Assembly (NCBI RefSeq): GCF_013149785.1
Contig: NZ_JABEZU010000004.1
Coordinates: 124,001 to 188,000, forward strand
Source: Isoptericola halotolerans
Lineage (GTDB): Bacteria; Actinomycetota; Actinomycetes; Actinomycetales; Cellulomonadaceae
Reading direction: 5' to 3'
Length of the DNA stretch: 64,000 nucleotides
Position numbers and translations under genes: made by a program. Of the stretch, positions 46,305 through 58,949 are shown in pieces. Under the pieces are notes generated by a model. That model saw nothing but the letters and a program-made list of their open reading frames with translations. It searched no databases and was not told where the DNA came from. The first letter of the stretch is position 1, and every line of letters begins with the position of its first letter.

Positions 46305-46445
46305 GAAGTTCCTTCCAGGACATCCGGACGTCGTCGGCCGTGCTCCTGGCAGCGCCGCCATCGGCGAGGCACGAGACCTGACACGCGGGATCATAGCCAC
46401 CTGAACAGAGCCTGGACGCGAACGTCCGCGCCCGCGCGTCGTCGG

Positions 46446-46742
46446 TCAGCTGTGCCCGCCCGCGGCCAGGAAGACGAGACCGGCCGCGATGGCACCGACC
46501 ACGGTGCCGAAGCACAGCAGCGCACCGGCGAGCCGCAGCGGCGAGGGGCGTGCGATGACGACGGGACCCTTCGGGCCTGGCGCCGGGCCCGTGTCCCCGC
46601 GCGCCGGCTCGGCGCTCGCCTGCTCCGAGGTGCCGGCCACGAGACGCAGCCCGAGGGCGAACAGCGCCGGGATGCCGGCACCGACGATGACGCCGGCCAC
46701 CACGACCTGGCCGAGCGAGCTCCACTCGATGAGTCCGTTCAT
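46446..46742 (-). CDS. Small two-TM protein coupled to the PiT transporter
   Basis: GAGIPALFALGLR; ATGA overlap with the pit stop. Confidence 0.75.
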   Translation of the reverse strand: MNGLIEWSSLGQVVVAGVIVGAGIPALFALGLRLVAGTSEQASAEPARGDTGPAPGPKGPVVIARPSPLRLAGALLCFGTVVGAIAAGLVFLAAGGHS

Positions 46743-48019
46743 GACCGTTCTCCGTCCGTACCGGTGCTGCCGTTCGTGGTGGTCGCAGAGATCGCCGGGG
46801 CGACGGACGGGGCCAGACGCTCCTCGACGACCGGGCCGACCTGCGGGTCACCGACCTCGCCGGTGGTGGGCACGGACGGCCGCAGCCGGGCGCCCTTCTC
46901 CTCGTCCCACTCCTCGTTGACGTTGCTGTGGTCGACCGGCGCACGGCGCGACGCGACCCAGATGGCCAGCGAGGTGCCGACCAGCAGCAGGAAGACGAGG
47001 AACGTACCGAGGAACCCGCCGATGACGTGCTGGACCCAGAAGCAGACCGCCCCGACGATGCCGGCGGCCGGGAGCGTCAGCCCCCAGGCGGCGAGCATCC
47101 GACCGGCCACGCCCCAGCGCACCTTCGCGCCGGGCATCCCGACGCCGGAGCCCAGGATCGACCCGGTGGCGACGTGGGTGGTGGACAGCGAGAACCCGAA
47201 GTGGCTCGAGAGCAGGATGACCGCGGCGGACGACGTCTCGGCGGCCATGCCCTGCCGGCTGTCGATCTCCACGAGTCCCTTGCCGAGGGTGCGGATGATG
47301 CGCCAGCCGCCCAGGTAGGTGCCCAGCGCCATGAAGAACGCGCACGAGAAGATCACCCAGAACGGCACGCTGGAGTCGGCAGGGACGGCACCGGCGGTGA
47401 TGAGGGCCAGCAGGATGATGCCCATCGACTTCTGGGCGTCGTTGGTGCCGTGCGCGAGGGAGACGAGGGAGGCCGAGCCGATCTGCCCCCACCGGAAGCC
47501 CCGGTCCGTCACGGCCTGCGAGACGCCGCGGGTCAGGCGGGCGACCAGCCAGGTGCCGAGCCCGGCGACACCGATCGCGATGACCGGGGCGAGAAGGGCG
47601 GGCACCAGCACCTTGGACAGCACCCCGGACCAGATGACTCCGGCGGTACCGGCCGCGGCGAGGACGGAGCCGATGACACCGCCCACGAGGGCGTGCGACG
47701 AGCTGGACGGCAGCCCGAGCAACCAGGTGAGCAGGTTCCAGACGATGCCGCCGACGAGGCCCGCGAAGACCACCTCGAGGCTGATCGCACCGGCGTCGAC
47801 GAGGCCCTTGGCGATGGTGGCTGCGACGGCCAGCGAGAGGAACGCACCGGCCATGTTGAGGACGGCGGACAGCAGGACGGCGACCTTGGGCCGCAGGGCT
47901 CGGGTCGCGATGGACGTCGCCATCGCGTTGCCGGTGTCATGGAAACCGTTCGTGAAGTCGAAGGCCAGTGCGGTCACGACGACGAGCACGAGGAGGAGTG
48001 TCTCGGTCACGGGCTCCAT
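46739..48019 (-). CDS. pit: Inorganic phosphate transporter, PiT family
   Basis: NGFHDTGN, PSSSSH, HGTNDAQK, STTH. Confidence 0.93.
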   Translation of the reverse strand: MEPVTETLLLVLVVVTALAFDFTNGFHDTGNAMATSIATRALRPKVAVLLSAVLNMAGAFLSLAVAATIAKGLVDAGAISLEVVFAGLVGGIVWNLLTWLLGLPSSSSHALVGGVIGSVLAAAGTAGVIWSGVLSKVLVPALLAPVIAIGVAGLGTWLVARLTRGVSQAVTDRGFRWGQIGSASLVSLAHGTNDAQKSMGIILLALITAGAVPADSSVPFWVIFSCAFFMALGTYLGGWRIIRTLGKGLVEIDSRQGMAAETSSAAVILLSSHFGFSLSTTHVATGSILGSGVGMPGAKVRWGVAGRMLAAWGLTLPAAGIVGAVCFWVQHVIGGFLGTFLVFLLLVGTSLAIWVASRRAPVDHSNVNEEWDEEKGARLRPSVPTTGEVGDPQVGPVVEERLAPSVAPAISATTTNGSTGTDGERS

Positions 48020-48053
48020 GGTGGGGCTCACCACGGGGCGCTGGCGGACGTGA

Positions 48054-48116
48054 GGTGACATCCAGGTGAACTGTTCGTCGAGAGTTCACCTGATGTTCAT
48101 CGTGGGTTCGAAACTC
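48054..48116. promoter_or_regulatory. PHO-box-like array (PhoP-type 11-bp direct repeat units)
   Basis: GTTC-starting units at 48073, 48084, 48095 and 48106 (one perfect GTTCACC), plus opposite-strand units at 48065-48071 and 48054-48060. Confidence 0.72.
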
Positions 48117-48140
48117 TCCGCCGTGCTCTTCGAACGTCGC

Positions 48141-50420
<2,280 letters not shown>

Positions 50421-50740
50421 GCGACCAGCGTACGGGGCGGGCGGGACAGCGCTGCTGCGCCCGCGTCGTCGACCTCCGGCCCTCGACTGATCACGTCTCT
50501 GCAACGGTTTGCTCAGCGCAGCCATCGAGATCCGCGCATCTGGCCTGATATCACCCGGTCCGGGAACAGCGGTGTGATCCGGAGGTGTCTTCCACGTCAC
50601 ACCACGCCGCTACACTTCCCGCACGTTCGCACCGCGTGTCGGTCAATGGGGGCTTCAGCATGCCTACATGGCCACGCCGGTGCGTCGCCGCCCCGGGGAC
50701 GACCCGGGGCCTGACCATGACCCGACGGAGGACCCGTCCG

Positions 50741-52174
50741 ATGACAGCGGACCGACCCACCATCACGAGCCGATGGAGCCGCCTGCTGGCGGCGCTCGCG
50801 CTCGTGCTCCTACCGGCGATGCTCGTCGCACCACCAGCGACGGCGAGCACCGACGACAGCCCCTGCGAGCCAGACAACTCCACACCGTGCATCGCCGTCC
50901 TGGTGCTGAACGCGGACAACGACCGCCTCGGCGACGTCGTGGTCACCGTGGCCGGTCAGGGCTTCAGCGCCGACCTGACCACGTCGGCCGACGACGCCGC
51001 GACGGTGGCAGCCCCGCAGGTGGGCACCTACACGGTGACCATCGACCCGGCCACGCTGCCCGACGACCAGCAGCTTCCCGAGGGCGCGGAGACCGAGCTG
51101 ACCGTCACCGCGCAGAACGGCGCCACGGCACGCGCAGCCTTCCGCGTCGGACCCGGTGCCGTGGCGCCGGCCGCCCCGACCGCCGACGGCTCCGACGACG
51201 GCGTCGCGGGAGGGACCGGGGACGCACCTGCCACCGAGGACGGTGAAGGGGTCGGGGCCGCCCCCGAGGGCGACGCCTCCCAGCGCGCGCTCACCTTCGC
51301 GCAGGTCTGGCAGCAGATCGGCTCAGGTCTCCGGTTCGGGCTGCTGCTGGCGCTCGCGTCGATCGGGCTGAACCTGGTGTTCGGCACGACCGGCCTGTCG
51401 AACTTCGCGCACGGCGAGCAGTTCGCCCTCGGCGCCGCGGTCGGCTTCATCACCATCAACCAGATGGGGATGTCGATCTGGGTCGGTGGTCTCCTCACCC
51501 TCGCGGTCTGCGCCTTCACCGGTCTCGCGCAGGACTCCGCCATCTGGCGGCCTCTGCGCAAGCGCAACGTGCCGGTGATGCAGCTGATGATCGTCTCGAT
51601 CGGACTCTCCATCACGCTGCAGTACGTGATCCAACTGATGATCGGCGGCGGTTCCGAGCGCATCCTGTCGCGCAACCCGCAGCCGCTCACCCTGGCCGGC
51701 ATCACCCTGAGCACCGCCTCGTGGATGTCGATGGTCGTGGCGCTCGTCTGCGTCCTCGGCATCGCCTGGTTCCTCACCCGCACCCGCATCGGACGGGCCA
51801 CGCGCGCCGTGTCGGACAACCCGGCCCTGGCCTCGGCCACCGGGATCGACCCCGACAAGATCATCCGGATCGTGTGGATCATGGCCACCGGTTTCGCCGC
51901 TCTGGCGGGCCTCATGTGGGGGGTGTCGTTCGGCTCCTTCAACTGGCAGCTCGGCGTGCAGCTCCTGCTGCTCATGTTCGCCGCGGTCACCCTCGGCGGG
52001 CTCGGCACGGCACTCGGCGCGTTCGTCGGGTCCCTGCTCATCGGACAGGTCGTCGAGCTGTCCAACCTCTTCATCCCCAGCGACCTGCGGTACGCCTCGG
52101 CGCTGGTGATCCTCATTCTCGTGCTGCTGTTCAGGCCGCAGGGGATTCTCGGCCGCCGCGAGCGGATCGGCTGA
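50741..52174 (+). CDS. Branched-chain amino acid ABC permease (LivH-like) with N-terminal extracellular domain
   Basis: IGLNLVFG..GLSNFAHG, GRATRAVSDN, LGGLG, RPQGI; start uncertain (50717 or 50741). Confidence 0.88.
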   Translation: MTADRPTITSRWSRLLAALALVLLPAMLVAPPATASTDDSPCEPDNSTPCIAVLVLNADNDRLGDVVVTVAGQGFSADLTTSADDAATVAAPQVGTYTVTIDPATLPDDQQLPEGAETELTVTAQNGATARAAFRVGPGAVAPAAPTADGSDDGVAGGTGDAPATEDGEGVGAAPEGDASQRALTFAQVWQQIGSGLRFGLLLALASIGLNLVFGTTGLSNFAHGEQFALGAAVGFITINQMGMSIWVGGLLTLAVCAFTGLAQDSAIWRPLRKRNVPVMQLMIVSIGLSITLQYVIQLMIGGGSERILSRNPQPLTLAGITLSTASWMSMVVALVCVLGIAWFLTRTRIGRATRAVSDNPALASATGIDPDKIIRIVWIMATGFAALAGLMWGVSFGSFNWQLGVQLLLLMFAAVTLGGLGTALGAFVGSLLIGQVVELSNLFIPSDLRYASALVILILVLLFRPQGILGRRERIG

Positions 52175-52187
52175 AGGGAGACCCATC

Positions 52188-53189
52188 ATGGAAGAGTTCC
52201 TGCGCATCCTCACGCAGTCGCTGGGCGAGCTCCTCGCCCCGACGACGGCCGCCTACGCGATGGCCGCGATCGGCCTCAACCTGCACTTCGGGTACACCGG
52301 ACTGCTCAACATGGGCCAGGCAGGCTTCATGCTGCTCGGCGCCTACGGCTTCGGCATCACCCTCGTGGCGGGCGGTCCCTTCTGGCTCGCGCTGCTGGTC
52401 GCCATCGCGGCCGGCGTGGTGTTCGCCCTCATCCTCGGTATGCCGACGTTGCAGCTACGCGGCGACTATCTCGCCATCGTCACCATCTCCGCAGCGGAGA
52501 TCGTCCGCTGGTTCGGTCGTTCCACGCTCTGGCAGGAGTGGACCGGCGGTGCCTCCGGCCTGCAGGGCCGCTACTACAAGGAACCGTTCCAGGAGCTGTC
52601 GTTCCTGCCGGACGGACGGTTCGCGCTCGGTCCGCTGGAGTACATCAACACCGGCTCGGACTCGTGGTGGACGCGCATCGTCGCCTGGGGCCTCGTCGCC
52701 CTCGTGCTCGTCTTCGTGTGGCTCATCACCCGCAGCCCGTGGGGCCGGGTCCTCAAGGGCATCCGCGAGGACGAGGACGCCGTACGGGCACTGGGCAAGA
52801 ACGTCTACTCCTACAAGCTGCAGGCGCTGGTCATCGGCGGCGCGATCGGAGCCCTCGGCGGCGTGATCTTCGCCCTGCCCGCAGCGATCGTGCCCGACTC
52901 GATGGGCCGCACCATGACGTTCTTCGTCTGGACGATCCTGCTGCTCGGTGGCGCAGCGACGGTCTTCGGACCGGTGCTGGGGTCGATGATCTTCTTCGCG
53001 GCCTACATGTTCATGCGCACCGGCATGCGGGCGCTGGCCGAGAACACCGGCGTGGGTGACGTCATCACGACCACCAACGTCGAGCAGATCGGCGGCATGC
53101 TCGTCGGTGTGACCCTGATGCTCCTGGTCATCTTCAGACCACAGGGCATCCTCGGGAACAAGAAGGAGCTGGCGTTCAATGTCCGATGA
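52188..53189 (+). CDS. Branched-chain amino acid ABC permease (LivM-like)
   Basis: GYTGLLN.GQA, LRGDYLAI.T, SPWGR.LK.IREDE. Confidence 0.9.
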   Translation: MEEFLRILTQSLGELLAPTTAAYAMAAIGLNLHFGYTGLLNMGQAGFMLLGAYGFGITLVAGGPFWLALLVAIAAGVVFALILGMPTLQLRGDYLAIVTISAAEIVRWFGRSTLWQEWTGGASGLQGRYYKEPFQELSFLPDGRFALGPLEYINTGSDSWWTRIVAWGLVALVLVFVWLITRSPWGRVLKGIREDEDAVRALGKNVYSYKLQALVIGGAIGALGGVIFALPAAIVPDSMGRTMTFFVWTILLLGGAATVFGPVLGSMIFFAAYMFMRTGMRALAENTGVGDVITTTNVEQIGGMLVGVTLMLLVIFRPQGILGNKKELAFNVR

Positions 53190-54093
53190 CAAGACGGTGA
53201 CCGCGGCCGCTCTGAGCGACCTGGCGACGGTCGCCCGCACCCCGGGTGCGGCCAAGCCGAACCCGATCCTCGTGGCCGACCACGTGACCCGCCGGTTCGG
53301 CGGCATGACGGCCGTCGACGTCGACCACCTCGAGGTGCAGGAGGGCGTCATCACGGCGCTCATCGGCCCCAACGGTGCCGGCAAGACGACGCTGTTCAAC
53401 CTGCTCACCGGGTTCGACCGCCCCAACACGGGCGAGTGGAGCTTCCAGGGCAAGTCCCTGAGCGGCAAGGGCGGCGCCGCCGTGGCCAAGTCCGGCATGG
53501 TCCGCACGTTCCAGCTCACCAAGGCGCTGTCGCGCCTCACGGTGCTGCAGAACATGCTCCTGGCTTCGCCGTCGAACCCGGGCGAGAAGCTCGCGCTGTC
53601 CTGGCTGCCCTTCCTGTGGAAGAAGCACGAGGCCGAGACCACCGAGAAGGCGATGGAGATCCTCGCCCGGTTCAAGCTGGACGCCAAGGCCGCCGACTAC
53701 GCCGGCTCCCTGTCCGGTGGTCAGCGCAAGCTCCTCGAGATGGCGCGTGCACTGATGACCGACCCGACGATCATCATGCTCGACGAGCCGATGGCCGGCG
53801 TGAACCCCGCCCTGGTGCAGTCGCTGCTCCATCACATCCAGGCGCTGCGCGACGAGGGCATGACCGTGCTCTTCGTGGAGCACGACATGCACGCCGTGCG
53901 ACACATCTCGGACTGGGTGGTCGTCATGGCCGAAGGCCGGATCGTGGCCGAGGGGCCGCCCGACAGCGTCATGAAGGACCAGGCGGTCGTGGACGCCTAC
54001 CTCGGCGCCCACCACGACACGGACCTCGGGGACGACTCGCTGCTCGACCCCGAGGTGCTGGCCCGGCTCGAGGCCGAGGAGGAGAAGCGATGA
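53179..54093 (+). CDS. ABC ATP-binding protein (LivG-like)
   Basis: GPNGAGKT, RTFQ, LSGGQ, LDEP, EHDM. Confidence 0.92.
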   Translation: MSDDKTVTAAALSDLATVARTPGAAKPNPILVADHVTRRFGGMTAVDVDHLEVQEGVITALIGPNGAGKTTLFNLLTGFDRPNTGEWSFQGKSLSGKGGAAVAKSGMVRTFQLTKALSRLTVLQNMLLASPSNPGEKLALSWLPFLWKKHEAETTEKAMEILARFKLDAKAADYAGSLSGGQRKLLEMARALMTDPTIIMLDEPMAGVNPALVQSLLHHIQALRDEGMTVLFVEHDMHAVRHISDWVVVMAEGRIVAEGPPDSVMKDQAVVDAYLGAHHDTDLGDDSLLDPEVLARLEAEEEKR

Positions 54094-54992
54094 GCACCAC
54101 CACCACCGACGCCGGCGAGAAGATGTCGGCCGCCGGCGTGCCCCAGAAGGACCTGCTCCTGCACGCCGACAACCTGGTCGCCGGCTACATCCCCGGGGTG
54201 AACATCCTCGAGGGCTGCTCGCTGGAGGTCGCCCAGGGCGAGCTCGTGGGGATCATCGGTCCCAACGGGGCCGGCAAGTCGACGCTGCTGAAGGCGCTCT
54301 TCGGCCTGGTGAAGATCCACTCCGGCACCGTCACGCTCCAGGGCAAGGACATCACCGGGATGAAGGCGAACCAGCTCGTCGCCAACGGCGTCGGGTTCGT
54401 CCCCCAGAACAACAACGTGTTCCCCTCGCTGACGGTCGAGGAGAACATGCGGATGGGTACCTACCTCAAGCCGAAGATCTTCACCGAGCGCTGGTCGTTC
54501 ATCGGGGACCTGTTCCCGGTGCTGCACGACCGGCGCTCCCAGCGGGCGGGCGCCATGTCCGGCGGTGAGCGGCAGATGGTCGCGATGGCACGTGCGCTGA
54601 TGATGAACCCGTCGGTGCTGCTCCTCGACGAGCCGTCCGCCGGGTTGTCGCCCGTGCGGCAGGACGAGACGTTCCTGCGGACCCGGATGATCAACAAGGC
54701 CGGGGTCTCGGTGATCATGGTCGAGCAGAACGCCCGCCGCTGCCTGCAGGTCTGCGACCGCGGCTACGTCCTGGACCAGGGCAAGGACGCGTACACCGGC
54801 ACCGGACGCGAGCTGCAGGCCGACCCCAAGGTCATCTCGCTGTACCTCGGCACCCTCGCCGAGGACGTCGACGAGGCGGCCCAGTCGGCCGAGGTGGAGG
54901 CCGCCGAGGCCGAGCGCATCGAGGCCGCCGTCGAGGCGGAGGCCGAGGCGCAGGCGCTCGCGGAGGAGGCCGACAAGAAGGAGGAGAGCTGA
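54090..54992 (+). CDS. ABC ATP-binding protein (LivF-like)
   Basis: GPNGAGKS, MSGGERQM, LDEPS.GL.P, VEQNA. Confidence 0.92.
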   Translation: MSTTTTDAGEKMSAAGVPQKDLLLHADNLVAGYIPGVNILEGCSLEVAQGELVGIIGPNGAGKSTLLKALFGLVKIHSGTVTLQGKDITGMKANQLVANGVGFVPQNNNVFPSLTVEENMRMGTYLKPKIFTERWSFIGDLFPVLHDRRSQRAGAMSGGERQMVAMARALMMNPSVLLLDEPSAGLSPVRQDETFLRTRMINKAGVSVIMVEQNARRCLQVCDRGYVLDQGKDAYTGTGRELQADPKVISLYLGTLAEDVDEAAQSAEVEAAEAERIEAAVEAEAEAQALAEEADKKEES

Positions 54993-55027
54993 CGCGCACC
55001 GCGTGACGACAGCTCCTCGACGAGGAC

Positions 55028-55075
55028 ACGACGGCGGCGGGTGACCCGGGAGACCGGGACGCCCGCCGCCGTCGT
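55028..55075. terminator. Stem-loop between convergent genes
   Basis: ACGACGGCGGCGGG...CCCGCCGCCGTCGT arms. Confidence 0.75.
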
Positions 55076-55085
55076 CATGGCGTCG

Positions 55086-56009
55086 TCATCCTGGCGGTAC
55101 GGGCAGGTCCTGGCGGGCGTGCACGGAGAGGATCACGCCGGGCGGGACCTCGTCGGTGTGGTCCAGCAGCACCTGGGCCGTGTCGCCCTCGACCGACAGG
55201 GCGGGGTTCTCGAAGTACTCCGTGTACGGGCTGCCCGTCGTCGGGAGGCGGCCGGAGGCGAAGGCCTCGAGATAGTGGTCACCGAGCGCCTGCGGGTCGT
55301 CACCGTGGACGCAGACCACGCTCTGCCCGCCCGAGCCCGGGTCCTCGGCCGGGCCGCCGAGCACGCCGACGGCGATCGGTGTGGCGGCCGTCGGTTCGAG
55401 CACCGCTGCCGTCGCGTCGCCCAGGCAGCCGCTCAGCGCGGCGATCGTCGGGTCGTCGGCCAGCGAGTCCCCGGAGGCGTCGACGACCAGGAGGTCGGCA
55501 GAGGTCCCTCCGAGCGCGACGGAGTCCTCGGTGACCCGCAGCTGCGGCGCGACGATCGCGATCCCGGCCACGCCGGACTGCCTGTCGGTCAGATCGAGCT
55601 CGTGCGTCAGCACCTCGTCCCCCGTCCAGCCGGCAGCAGTCGAGGCGTCCCGCACCGCGGCACCGTCGTGGCCGCCGGAGACGAGCGTCAGCGCACCGGT
55701 CGGGTAGCCGACGGTGAGGAGGCTGTCCGCCTCGAGAAGATCGACCTCGAGCTGCTCGGACAGCTCCCGCGTGTGCTGCCCGATGTCCGGCGCGCCGGCG
55801 AGGGAGGTCTGCCAGTGCTCCGTCGCCAGCTCGCCGAGCGCACCCGGGTCGCTGAACGCGATGAGCTCGGGGACGTCGTCACCGGCACCGACCCGTCCCA
55901 GGGCGTCGGCGAGCGGACCGTCTCCCGATGCCCCGCCGGAGCAGGCTGCCAGGGCCGTGACGAGCAGGAACGCAGAGGTGGCGGCGGCGGTGCGCGCAGG
56001 AGCAGGCAT
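55086..56009 (-). CDS. Hypothetical lipoprotein
   Basis: LAAC lipobox; acidic composition; TAGGGT -10 element 7 nt before the ATG. Confidence 0.65.
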   Translation of the reverse strand: MPAPARTAAATSAFLLVTALAACSGGASGDGPLADALGRVGAGDDVPELIAFSDPGALGELATEHWQTSLAGAPDIGQHTRELSEQLEVDLLEADSLLTVGYPTGALTLVSGGHDGAAVRDASTAAGWTGDEVLTHELDLTDRQSGVAGIAIVAPQLRVTEDSVALGGTSADLLVVDASGDSLADDPTIAALSGCLGDATAAVLEPTAATPIAVGVLGGPAEDPGSGGQSVVCVHGDDPQALGDHYLEAFASGRLPTTGSPYTEYFENPALSVEGDTAQVLLDHTDEVPPGVILSVHARQDLPVPPG

Positions 56010-56113
56010 GCGGCGGACCCTAGCAAGGGGACCACAGGACGACTGCGGCCCGGTCACCTGGAGTGGTGACCGGGCCGCCGTCGGACCGCTGGAGCCGTGC
56101 GGCTCAGGCGGGA

Positions 56114-57412
56114 CTACTCGATGGAACCCTCGATCTCACGCTCGAACGAGTACTCGTTCGACTCGTCGTAGGCGTAGATCCCGATGAAGGCGGACGACGG
56201 GTCGTTGGCCTCGTTGAGCGGACCGGCGCCCGACAGTCCGACGTACGTGATCTCCTCGCCGGCGTCGATCGCCGCGACGGCGTCCTCGAAGGTGCTGACC
56301 TCCGTGCCGCCCTCCGAACCGGACACGGCGCGGATGTTGTCGGCGATGGTGCGGCCGTCCGTGGCGCCGCCCTTGACCGCGGCGAGCGCCGCGAGCATCG
56401 TGGCGTCGTAGGACTCGGCAGAGTACGAGTAGTCGGCGAGCTCGCCACCCTCGTTCTCCGCGTACCACTCGTTGAGCCGCTCGCGGAAGTCCTCCTCGGC
56501 CTGAGCACCCGGGAGGGTGCCCTGGACGCCGGCCAGCGTGCCCTCGTCGAACTGGTCGCCGTAGTTGGACAGGTTGCCGTCGCAGAAGTACGTGGTCCCG
56601 TCGAAGTCCCAGCCCTGGGAGACGAGCTCGTTGACGATCGCCACGGTCTCCTCGAAGGCGATGACGACGATCGCGTCGGGCTCGGTGGCGAGAGCGGCCG
56701 TCACCTGGGCACCGAAGTTCGTCTCACCGGGCGGGAACTCCTCGCCGCCGCCCGAGGCGCCGTAGACGACCGACCCGCCGCCGGCCTCGATGGCCGACTG
56801 GGTGTGGTCGCGCAGACCTGTGCCGTAGGCCTCGTTCTGGACGAGCATCGCGACGTCCATGTGGCCGCCGTCGAGGACCAGGGAGCCGAGCGCCGCGCCC
56901 TGGACCGTGTCCGGCGGGGCGGTGCGGGCGAAGAAGTCGCCGTACCCGGAGAGGTCCGCCGCGGTGTTCGCGGGCGAGATCTGCATGACCTCGGCCTCGG
57001 CGAAGGTGTCCACGACCGAGAGCGAGACACCGGAGGAAGCCGCGCCGATGACGGCCGAGACGCCACGACCGATGAGGTCGGTGGCGGTCGAGCTGGCCAC
57101 CGACGGGTCGGTGGTGTCGCCGGAGTCGCCCCACTCGACGCCGACGTCGTTGCCGAGCACGCCGCCCGCCGCGTTGATGTCGTCGATCGCCAGGCCCACG
57201 CCGGCGATCTCGGGCGGGCCGAGGAACGCGAGCGTGCCGGTGACCGGCAGGATGGTGCCGATCGTCAGGGGCTCGGCGTCCCCCATCGCCTCGTCGCTGG
57301 TCTCCTCGCCGGTCGACTCTTCAGGATCGCTGTCGGAGGCGCAGGCCGCGAGGCCCAGGCTGAGGACTGCGGCAAAGGCGATGCCCTTGGCAGCCGTCAT
57401 GCGTCGATTCAT
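56114..57412 (-). CDS. ABC substrate-binding lipoprotein (LivJ/K-like)
   Basis: LAAC, LP.TG.LA.LG, INAAGGVLG, GAASS, QISPANT, RTAPPD. Confidence 0.9.
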   Translation of the reverse strand: MNRRMTAAKGIAFAAVLSLGLAACASDSDPEESTGEETSDEAMGDAEPLTIGTILPVTGTLAFLGPPEIAGVGLAIDDINAAGGVLGNDVGVEWGDSGDTTDPSVASSTATDLIGRGVSAVIGAASSGVSLSVVDTFAEAEVMQISPANTAADLSGYGDFFARTAPPDTVQGAALGSLVLDGGHMDVAMLVQNEAYGTGLRDHTQSAIEAGGGSVVYGASGGGEEFPPGETNFGAQVTAALATEPDAIVVIAFEETVAIVNELVSQGWDFDGTTYFCDGNLSNYGDQFDEGTLAGVQGTLPGAQAEEDFRERLNEWYAENEGGELADYSYSAESYDATMLAALAAVKGGATDGRTIADNIRAVSGSEGGTEVSTFEDAVAAIDAGEEITYVGLSGAGPLNEANDPSSAFIGIYAYDESNEYSFEREIEGSIE

Positions 57413-57500
57413 GTGCTTCCCCTTCGGGGTCGGACTTCCTACGGCCACTCAATGCCGCATGTAGTGGCGCTGAACCTAACCCGATTGTGTGACGTGCATG

Positions 57501-57553
57501 TGTCAGATGTGCCACATCCGACCGATCGTGACGAACCTGTTATGTGTCTCACA
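57501..57553. promoter_or_regulatory. CRP/GlxR-like sites upstream of the substrate-binding protein gene
   Basis: TGTTA-N6-TCACA (57538-57553) and TGTCA-N6-CCACA (57501-57516), against consensus TGTGA-N6-TCACA. Confidence 0.5.
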
Positions 57554-57586
57554 TCCGCGGCCCGACGAGCGGCCGCCGACCGTCCG

Positions 57587-58428
57587 TCAGGGGCTGATCC
57601 GGGTGACGACGATCGGTCGCGGGGTGCGCGCCGGGCGCTCTCGCTCGCTCGCCCCGAGGACCGAGACCGATCCCGGCTGCGCGTCGTCGAGCGCGAGGGT
57701 GAAGGCGTCGATGCCGGCGAGCTGCCGTGGAGCGGACATCGCCCTCCGGACGACGACGATGCCGGCTGAGCCTCCCGGCGGCGTGCCACCTGGACCGAGG
57801 TGAGGTCGAGCTCGGACCCGGCTGCCCCCACCGCGGCGGCGCCGGGGTCCGACCCCCAGGACGCGCGGCGAGCGGGTCGGGACGGCGACCCTCTGCCGGC
57901 GGCAGGCGTCCCCGCACGGCGCCCGCTGGAAGGTCCGGCGCACCTCGACCTGGTTCGCTGCGAGGACCGGCTGCGACGCGCTGACCAGCCTGTCGAGGTG
58001 CGCGGGCACGGAGCTCCCCGCCCGCCCGGCGCGCACCGCGCCCTGCGGCGGAGCCCCCCGAGCTCGCCGGGCGTCGTGAGGTAGACGTCCCTGCGCGGTG
58101 CCCGCCCGGTGGACGAGACGAGGTCGACGACGCCGGGGCTCAGGACCCGTCGGGACCTGTCGGACGCCCGCGGCGGCGACTCGCGGCCCTGGCCCGTCGC
58201 GGGGCCTCGTGGTCACGGGCAGCCCGTCCCGCGGGACCCGGAGGCACGGGGCCCGGCACCGTCGTCGCCCTCGCCGCCACTGCCCGCCGCGGTGCCCGCA
58301 CGCCGGTGCTCGAAGTCGAGCGTCTGCTCCACGTCGGCCCGGGTGCCACCGTCCGGAAACCGGAAGACCCCGAGGCCGACCTGGGGGACCTGGACGCCGT
58401 CGTTCAGGGTGATACTGGGAACAGTCAT
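57587..58428 (-). pseudogene. Heavily decayed aldo/keto reductase (DkgA-like) pseudogene
   Basis: MTVPSITLNDGVQVPQVGLGVF start, then in other frames PAHLDRLV...ANQVE and GIVV...IDAF.LALDDAQ; conserved motifs eroded; 3' limit approximate. Confidence 0.75.
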
Positions 58429-58660
58429 GCACAACATCGTGTCTTGTGCTGGTGCGATGGCGCGCGCTCGCGTACGGTTGTGGCTGTTGCAGTGTGTTGC
58501 TCGTACCGGGACGGTTCTCCGTCCTGCGTCGGCGCGGACGCGTCGTCAGGATTGACGCGGTCCGCCGGCGGACCTTGGACTATCAGGATCAAGAGTTGGC
58601 GACGAACACCGTGATGTGCGCCCCCGACAAGCGGGGACGCCGACTCTTGAAGGAGTACCC

Positions 58661-58864
58661 ATGGCCACCGGGACCGTGAAGTGGTTCAACAGCGAAAAGG
58701 GCTACGGCTTCATCGCCCCCGAGGACGGCACCGCTGACGTGTTCGTCCACTTCTCCGCCATCCAGTCGCAGGGCTACCGCTCGCTGGAAGAGGAGCAGAA
58801 GGTCGAGTTCGACGTCACGCAGGGCCCGAAGGGTCCGCAGGCGGAGAACGTCCGCCCGGTCTGA
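58661..58864 (+). CDS. cspA: Cold-shock protein
   Basis: [33 protein letters not shown]. Confidence 0.95.
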   Translation: MATGTVKWFNSEKGYGFIAPEDGTADVFVHFSAIQSQGYRSLEEEQKVEFDVTQGPKGPQAENVRPV

Positions 58865-58907
58865 TCGACCGAGTGACGGTCGCCTGAGGGCGACGCCTCT
58901 CGACAGG

Positions 58908-58949
58908 ACGGCCCGCACCACCCGCCTCACGGCGGAGGGTGCGGGCCGT
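58908..58949 (+). terminator. Terminator hairpin after the csp gene
   Basis: ACGGCCCGCACC...GGTGCGGGCCGT followed by T residues. Confidence 0.75.

Noticed and set aside
58440..58660. cspA thermoregulator RNA or defined promoter
   Set aside because: A long leader is plausible, but I could not match a structure or a correctly spaced -35/-10 pair by eye.
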